Below are positions 58,070 to 64,000 of a stretch of DNA of 64,000 nucleotides, piece by piece. Source of the DNA: Candidatus Latescibacterota bacterium. Lineage in GTDB: Bacteria > Latescibacterota > UBA2968 > UBA8231. How positions within the stretch are numbered: the first letter of the stretch is position 1; the number at the start of each line of letters is the position of its first letter. The translations under genes were made by a program, and so were the position numbers. Location: assembly GCA_965248265.1 (NCBI GenBank), contig CBDFJF010000001.1, forward strand, positions 2,976,001 through 3,040,000. The letters are read 5' to 3'. Under the pieces are notes generated by a model that was given only the letters and a program-made list of their open reading frames with translations, was not told where the DNA came from and did not search any database.

Positions 58070-59827
58070 CTATCGCGTGTTCTGCAGCAGGCGGTTGACC
58101 ATCTCCACGATGGTGTTGCGCATCAGGATGCTGAAGGTGAGCCAATCATCCATCGGAACCTTCGTCCATTCGACGATATCGAGGACTTCCGGGTTCTGGG
58201 CCATCAGCGCTTCCGAATACTCGGTGCCCGTGTTCTGAGCAGCCGCACTGGCGGCGTTGACGAAGGCATCCAGCGACTCGCTGCGGTACTCTCCGGTGTC
58301 CAGCTCGTGCTGGCTCAGCTCAATCTCGTTCTCTTCGAGCTCAAAGGCGGACAGGTGCTGGCGCAGCAAATCAGGCAAGGGGTTGTTGAGCGGGTACTCG
58401 TCAGACGCCGGATAGAGGTGGGTTGAGCGGTAGTCCTCAGGTATGCTGATGAGACGGGGAAACGGATGCATGCCCTTGATCAGGCAGTTGGAGAGTGAGA
58501 TCAGAACGCTTTCAGGCAGGCTGAATTCCTCGATGCGATGGTGATCGCGGATCGGATCGATGAGCTTGGGGAAGATCTCCCAACGACTCAGCAGCGCGCC
58601 ACTGGTGAGTGGATGCTGCAGGTCACCGACAACGGCTGTTTCGCACTCCAGAAGCCGGTTGCGCCACTTGCTGCGTTCGATTTCGTAGAGAATGAGCGGA
58701 TAGGTGTCTTTATAGCAGACGGTATTCAAGATCTTACCGACATCGTGCAGGATTCCGGCGGTGAAGCTGTCGAAGTCGGGGTCGAGATCGAAGAGAGACC
58801 AGTACTTGAAGTGTTTGAGGGTGTCGATGATGAATGGCGGCAGGTCCAAGCTCTTGATGATCTCGCACTCTTTCTGCGAGGGCTCATCGAGGTTGAGACT
58901 CAGAATCTGAGCCATGTACCCGACGCTGACACTGTGCGCGAAGAAGTCTTTTGTGACGAACCCGGCCTGGTCCACCTTGCGGGCAAGATCACTCATGGCC
59001 TTGCTGGTGAGGATCTTGCGCGTTTCCTGCATGCCGATCATGGCCAGGGCATTGGGCAGGGTCTCAATCCGCTGCCGGGTTCCGTAACGCGCCAGGTTCG
59101 AGGTGCGGATGATGGAAGCCTGCAGAGCGCCGTCCGGTTCGATGATCTTGGCGACCACCGTATGGGACTTGTCGGCATCGATGGCCTGAATGGCCTTGCG
59201 ACACACGTGGGGGAACCCGGGCAGCAGGTCCATGGTCGCATGGTCTTTGGCCAGCACCTCGGTTACTTCTTCACCGCTGAGCATCTTGCCATGGGCGGCG
59301 ATGTCGTCCTCCGACATGCCCGTTTTGCGCTCGATCAGAGGTTTTAGGTCCTTGGTGAAAAAGCCAGCCCAAAAAGCTCCGGTTGCATCCTGATCAGCGG
59401 AGGACTGGTAGCCCCTCACGTTCAGATGCTGGCTCATCTCCTGCAGTCGTTCCCACGAGAACAGAGCGTTTTTCTGGTCGTGACAGACGACGACATACCG
59501 GTCTCTTCCAGAGGAAGCCCACAAGCGGATGGTGGCTTCGCTCAACCACGGAAAATTGGGTCCGAAGATGATGACGCAGGTCGCATGCGAGAGGTCCCAC
59601 AGCTTACGGGGTATCTCCGACGTGCGATCGATCATGACCAGGCGGATTTCCGTACTGAGACTGGCCTCCGAAAACAGCCGATTGAGCTCTTTCTGGGCCG
59701 AGTATATCGTGCGGAAATGACGATATTCCTCCGCCGTACGCAGCAGCTGCGTATTCTTGGGGATGGGCTCACCCAAGATGGCGTAGAAGATGTCGGAGGA
59801 ATCCGCTGTCGGCAGAGTCTGGGTCAT
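58070..59827 (-). CDS. HDOD domain signalling protein
   Basis: LPGFPHV, FFAHSVSV, AGILHDVGK and IRDHH motifs. Confidence 0.85.
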   Translation of the reverse strand: MTQTLPTADSSDIFYAILGEPIPKNTQLLRTAEEYRHFRTIYSAQKELNRLFSEASLSTEIRLVMIDRTSEIPRKLWDLSHATCVIIFGPNFPWLSEATIRLWASSGRDRYVVVCHDQKNALFSWERLQEMSQHLNVRGYQSSADQDATGAFWAGFFTKDLKPLIERKTGMSEDDIAAHGKMLSGEEVTEVLAKDHATMDLLPGFPHVCRKAIQAIDADKSHTVVAKIIEPDGALQASIIRTSNLARYGTRQRIETLPNALAMIGMQETRKILTSKAMSDLARKVDQAGFVTKDFFAHSVSVGYMAQILSLNLDEPSQKECEIIKSLDLPPFIIDTLKHFKYWSLFDLDPDFDSFTAGILHDVGKILNTVCYKDTYPLILYEIERSKWRNRLLECETAVVGDLQHPLTSGALLSRWEIFPKLIDPIRDHHRIEEFSLPESVLISLSNCLIKGMHPFPRLISIPEDYRSTHLYPASDEYPLNNPLPDLLRQHLSAFELEENEIELSQHELDTGEYRSESLDAFVNAASAAAQNTGTEYSEALMAQNPEVLDIVEWTKVPMDDWLTFSILMRNTIVEMVNRLLQNTR

Positions 59828-59945
59828 ATCGGTCGAGCCATCTGCTTTCGGCCCGCAGCATGAGAATTGGAGAGCAGCTTAATATTCTCATCGGCGGGGC
59901 CGTTGTCAAAGTAGTCCTTTGAGACACCAACCACGAGGCGTGCAC

Positions 59946-60533
59946 GTGGAGGAGCAACAGGCGATCAAACTCAAGTGGGACGCGCGTTACGCGGCCGAGG
60001 AGTTCGAAGAGATTCCGGAACCGGTACCTTTCGTGAGAGAGGTCTCGGAGGGTCTTCGACCATGCCGGGCGTTGTGCCTTGCCGCCGGCAGCGGGCGCAA
60101 CGCCGTCTTCCTGGCGCAACAGGGCTTCCAGGTGACGGCCATCGACATCTCTCCGGTCGGACTGGATCGTTGCCGTGCGCTGGCTCGAAGTCGCGGAGTG
60201 GAGGTGGAACTGATCGAGGCAGACTTGCTCACCTATCCGTTCCCCGACCAGTTTGGCCTGTTGACGATGGTCTATTACAACGAACCCAGTCTGTTCCCCA
60301 AACTGCAGCATGCTGTCAGACCTGGAGGCTGCTTCCTTTTTCAGACATTCTCCATCCATCACGCGAAGCAGGACTGGGGTCCCAGCAATCCCGCTTTCCT
60401 GGCAGATCCAAAGGCAGTTCTGGAAGCCTTCCAACAACACTGGCGTATTCGCCGATTCGAGGATGGCGATTTTCCAGTCGCCGGAGCTGACACGCGAACA
60501 GAGTCCATCGTGCGACTGGTGGCTCAAAAATGA
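59946..60533 (+). CDS. Class I SAM-dependent methyltransferase (TehB-like)
   Basis: WDARY and LAAGSGRNAVFLA..GFQVTAIDIS motifs. Confidence 0.88.
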   Translation: MEEQQAIKLKWDARYAAEEFEEIPEPVPFVREVSEGLRPCRALCLAAGSGRNAVFLAQQGFQVTAIDISPVGLDRCRALARSRGVEVELIEADLLTYPFPDQFGLLTMVYYNEPSLFPKLQHAVRPGGCFLFQTFSIHHAKQDWGPSNPAFLADPKAVLEAFQQHWRIRRFEDGDFPVAGADTRTESIVRLVAQK

Positions 60534-61741
60534 GGCTCCCTCGACACACTACATCGCGGGGCTCTGCTCTAATCTTTTTGGTGATCTGTCTCGCTGTTCT
60601 CAGCGGGGCGGAATCGAGGTCACGGCAAAGTGCAGGATTCGTCGCCGGTAGTATCCGCGGGCGCACGGATGTCGCTTCAGAGGCCGGCGAACAGGCACGA
60701 CTTTTCCTGCGTCGAGATCTTGGTTCCAAATGGTCTGCCGAAGCTGGCGGAGGCTTTGGTAGACTCAACGGCAGGGCGTTTGCCACCGACATGGGATTGA
60801 TTGACATCAAGCTGCTGTTTGTGCCCCTGCGCTACTCGTCCTGGCAGGCACACACCGGCATCGGAATCGGCATGGTCGCGCACAGCATCGAGCAGGTACC
60901 GACCACGACAACGACCGGATTCGACAGGGAGGGTTTGGGCGTTGCCATCCCCTCGAGTTTGGGGCTGCAATTGCGCTTGCGCGACAGTCTGGCGCTGGAG
61001 TTCGCCGCCGGTTACTCCTACACGCTTCGTGACGATCTCGAAGGTGCTGCAATAGAGAAGGGGAACGACGGTTTTTGGAGTGCCGGCATTGGTCTGGTGA
61101 TCGGAGATTTCGCTCGTCGACCAGCCGTCCACCTCCCCGTTGAGCGGTTTGAACCCACAAACGTGAGGGGAGCGATTGCACCTGCACAAGTCAGTGACCG
61201 AGACGGCGATGGACTGACCGACTATGAAGAGACCCGTCAGTATTTCACCAACCCGGTCATGGCCGACAGCGACGCCGATGGCATTGAAGATCTAGCAGAA
61301 GTGCGGGCAGGCACCGATCCCAACCAGTCAGACGGTCCAAATGGGGCAGCGGCGATGATAACGGAGCAAGAACAACCTGCCTCGGAAGAAGCTCCAGCAA
61401 CAGCCATCGAACTCCCCTTCGAACCGGTGCGTTTTCCGAATGGTGGTTACGCACTGACTCAGGATGCCCAGGCCTATCTACGTCGGGTCGCGGTTCATTT
61501 AGACCGCACCCGTGGTCTCACGTTGCTATTGAGGGGGTACTCAGACAGCGTCGGTAGCGCTCGGTCCAACTGGCGTTTATCAGGACAGCGCTGCAGCGCT
61601 GTCGCCGACTATCTGGTCGGCCAAGGCATCGCACCCAAGCGTCTGATTCTAGAGGCACTCGGTGAGCAGGATCCCACCGCACCCAACACCACGCGACTGG
61701 GTCGAGCGCAGAATCGCCGCGTTGAGCTGATTCCCCGGTAG
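60530..61741 (+). CDS. OmpA-family protein (beta-barrel, DxDxDG repeats, OmpA_C)
   Basis: DRDGDGLTD and DSDADGIED repeats; GYSDSVGS..N..LS..R; NRRVE. Confidence 0.88.
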   Translation: MRLPRHTTSRGSALIFLVICLAVLSGAESRSRQSAGFVAGSIRGRTDVASEAGEQARLFLRRDLGSKWSAEAGGGFGRLNGRAFATDMGLIDIKLLFVPLRYSSWQAHTGIGIGMVAHSIEQVPTTTTTGFDREGLGVAIPSSLGLQLRLRDSLALEFAAGYSYTLRDDLEGAAIEKGNDGFWSAGIGLVIGDFARRPAVHLPVERFEPTNVRGAIAPAQVSDRDGDGLTDYEETRQYFTNPVMADSDADGIEDLAEVRAGTDPNQSDGPNGAAAMITEQEQPASEEAPATAIELPFEPVRFPNGGYALTQDAQAYLRRVAVHLDRTRGLTLLLRGYSDSVGSARSNWRLSGQRCSAVADYLVGQGIAPKRLILEALGEQDPTAPNTTRLGRAQNRRVELIPR

Positions 61742-61897
61742 AGGTCAAAGTCCACCTTTCTCACCCGGATATATCGCGAGGGTCCCGAAATCTCATGAGG
61801 TTCGGCTCACATAGGATCCAGCAGTGCAGCTTGTGCTATCTGATTAACTTATTGTCCCACAACATGATACGCTGTATGGGCCGGATCGATGCCGCCC

Positions 61898-61913
61898 TGG
61901 CATGGGATTTGAC
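61898..61913 (+). promoter_or_regulatory. Putative sigma54 (-24/-12) promoter
   Basis: TGGCATG-GGAT-TTGAC upstream of the ECF sigma gene; same GA variant as at 55442. Confidence 0.55.
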
Positions 61914-61986
61914 ATGTCTCTTCTCCGAGCACGACGATCTAGTCAGTTATGAGAGGACGACGAGAGGATCAAATAAGGAGAGAGCC

Positions 61987-62595
61987 ATGCCACTCGAGAC
62001 AGAAGCCGCCCTGATATCGCGGGCGAAACACGGGGATCGTCAGGCCATCGGCCAAATCCTCACACAACACCGCACCAGAATACAACGGCTTGCCCATTCG
62101 ATCGTGCGCAATCCGATGAATGCCGAAGAGGTAGTGCAGGATGTGATGATGGCGATCACCAACAAGATTGATCGCTTTCGAGGCGAGGCCAACCTGACAA
62201 CCTGGGTACACCGGATCACGGTCAATGCGGCCCTCATGCACCGGCGCAAGGATCGCTCTTCCAGCGTCGTTTCCCTGGACACGACGTCATCAGACGAGGC
62301 TCTGTACGAGACTCTGTTACCACAGAATCCACCCGTCGACCGAACTCTCAGGAAAGAGTTTTGGACGATCGTCTGGGATGCTGTGGACGCGCTGGACTCG
62401 AAGTACCGAACCGTTTTTGTCCTACGAGAGGTGGATGGACTGTCGACGGAAGAGACGGCACAAGCTCTCGGCCTCAAGGTTCCGGCGGTAAAGTCGAGGT
62501 TGCACCGCGCCCGCGAAGCGCTCAAGGAGCAGCTGGCGTGGTATGTCGACGGCAGTTCCCGCGAACAACAAACCCGGTCAACAGGCACAGCGTGA
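61987..62595 (+). CDS. ECF sigma factor
   Basis: AAGGAG RBS; AEEVVQD, FRGEANLTTWVHRITVN and VKSRLHRAR motifs. Confidence 0.92.
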   Translation: MPLETEAALISRAKHGDRQAIGQILTQHRTRIQRLAHSIVRNPMNAEEVVQDVMMAITNKIDRFRGEANLTTWVHRITVNAALMHRRKDRSSSVVSLDTTSSDEALYETLLPQNPPVDRTLRKEFWTIVWDAVDALDSKYRTVFVLREVDGLSTEETAQALGLKVPAVKSRLHRAREALKEQLAWYVDGSSREQQTRSTGTA

Positions 62596-62596
62596 T

Positions 62597-62719
62597 CACT
62601 GACGCGCACTGCGCCAGCCAGAATAGGACGAAATCACCCGCGGCCCGGCGCGCGGCAAAATTCCACGCCGCGTGACATACTGACGAGGTCAGTACTAAAA
62701 GAAAAAGCTCAGTACTCAC
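62597..62719 (-). pseudogene. 5' remnant of an EamA/DMT transporter gene
   Basis: GTGA-coupled to the cupin gene; VSTELFLLVLTSSVCHAAWNFAARR resembles an EamA N-terminus, then the frame runs into the sigma gene. Confidence 0.6.
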
Positions 62720-63051
62720 GTGTTGGGCGCGTAGTGCAATGCCAGCCAAACGGTCTCACCCTGAGGGTCCGTCCATTCTACTCGATGCCGGCAATGGGCG
62801 GGAATATTCACATAGTCTCCCGGGTTGAGTTGCACCGGGCCGGCGTCGTGGAATGTGAGGGTGGCTCTGCCGAGGACGACGAGAACCCACTCATCTCTGT
62901 CCTGGTCATACCACACTCCTTCGGGAGTGGTGTTTCCTCGCGAGACGATACGTTCAAGCTCGAAGGCAGGTTGATCCAGCAGAGTGTCGGTCTGTTCCGC
63001 CGTCGACGCCTCAGAGCGGTTGATGTCGGCTAGAATGTTGTTGACGGTCAT
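62716..63051 (-). CDS. Cupin domain protein
   Basis: LERIVSRG, WYDQDRDEWV, IPAHCRHRVEWT and TVWLALHY motifs. Confidence 0.88.
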   Translation of the reverse strand: MTVNNILADINRSEASTAEQTDTLLDQPAFELERIVSRGNTTPEGVWYDQDRDEWVLVVLGRATLTFHDAGPVQLNPGDYVNIPAHCRHRVEWTDPQGETVWLALHYAPNT

Positions 63052-63283
63052 TGGCGCGCTCGAGTGTTGGGGGAAGGCAGGGATCAAGTGTACACCGCTG
63101 TCCGGGCGCGGGCCATCGGCTGGCAACGCCGATTGTCGCAGTCGTCGTCCGCCGTTACCTTAACGCTCAATGAAGCTCAATTCGGTTCAGCCGACACGGC
63201 GGGCAGTTTCTGTCGCCACGTCCGAATTTCCAATCCGGCACAACTCCTAACATGCCTTTGTCATCCTCCTCGTCTTCGCTGAT

Positions 63284-64000
63284 ATGCATCATCTACGACT
63301 TCCCGATATCACTGAGCACGGCACGGTAAAGCCTCTGTTGGGAGCTGCTGCATTCGCCACGCCCTGGGATGCCCTCGACTGTCTCCACATCGCCCCAGCA
63401 TCGGAGCATCGGTGGAATGCTGAGCACCGAGCGGCCGTCGAGTACGGGTACCTGGTACTGCAAGGAGAAGTCGAACTGCGCACCGGCACCAAACGCACCC
63501 ATGCGAGTGCTCCCGCCGTCGTGCGCACGCTGGACCCAGACCACTCGCTGGCAAACGGTGGATCCGTGACGGCTGGCGTGTTGGCGCACAGGGTAACGGT
63601 ACCGGACGATGCGCCGTGGGTGGAGGAAAACGGCCACCACCAGCACACGGCCGTCGCCGCCGTCGACCCCGAGCAACTGCAATGGCGACAAGCCATCCAC
63701 GGGGGGGTGGGTCGCATCGCCACTCGCCACATCTGGGGACCGGAGGATCTGGCATCCACCTGGACGTTCTTGGACCACGCGATCCTCGCGGCGCGCAGTT
63801 CAGTGGGATACCACCACCATGACGGTCTGGAAGAGTCATTCATCATTCTTGAGGGCACGGGATACGTGACCATCGATGAATCCTGCTTCGAGGTGGCACC
63901 CGGGTCGGTGACCTTCCAAGGGATCCGGCAAAGCCACGGTATTTACAACCCGACCGACGAAGAGCTGAACTTCCTCCGCGTTGCAGTTGCTGGGGAGGAC
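63284..64000 (+). CDS. Cupin (probably bicupin) protein, 3'-truncated by the window edge
   Basis: Frame open from ATG 63284 to the end; GYHHHDGLEESFIILEG and HGIYNP motifs. Confidence 0.82.
   Translation, partial: MHHLRLPDITEHGTVKPLLGAAAFATPWDALDCLHIAPASEHRWNAEHRAAVEYGYLVLQGEVELRTGTKRTHASAPAVVRTLDPDHSLANGGSVTAGVLAHRVTVPDDAPWVEENGHHQHTAVAAVDPEQLQWRQAIHGGVGRIATRHIWGPEDLASTWTFLDHAILAARSSVGYHHHDGLEESFIILEGTGYVTIDESCFEVAPGSVTFQGIRQSHGIYNPTDEELNFLRVAVAGED

Overview
A GC-rich (roughly 60% by eye) bacterial chromosomal segment made mostly of core and housekeeping genes. Gene content and protein style suggest an FCB-group organism such as Latescibacterota or Gemmatimonadota; this is inference only. 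Left to right: an E. coli-type frdABCD operon plus one orphan gene, converging on a Bacillus/Bacteroides-type sdhCAB; sucCD; a CPBP protease; a diheme cytochrome c; two glycosyltransferases; an ORF-less transcription unit of about 290 nt (promoter, structured RNA, terminator); tandem DUF151 nuclease genes; a complete ccm cluster with a Cys-type CcmE; a TPR/Crp/sigma54-activator/HtrA block; a rearranged ispE-tRNA-Gln-rplY-pth-hppA-rpsF-rplI cluster lacking prs and rpsR; tRNA-Sec; and assorted enzymes, transporters and signalling genes. I saw no transposase, integrase, prophage or CRISPR array. Best leads: (1) the unannotated structured RNA at 13.2-13.5 kb with repeated loop motifs; (2) two sigma54-type promoters (TGGCAYG-N4-TTGA) sharing upstream motifs, one before a 78-aa orphan gene and one before an ECF sigma; (3) an NrdR-box-like site upstream of the DUF151 pair; (4) the variant Ccm system with two uncharacterised internal genes.
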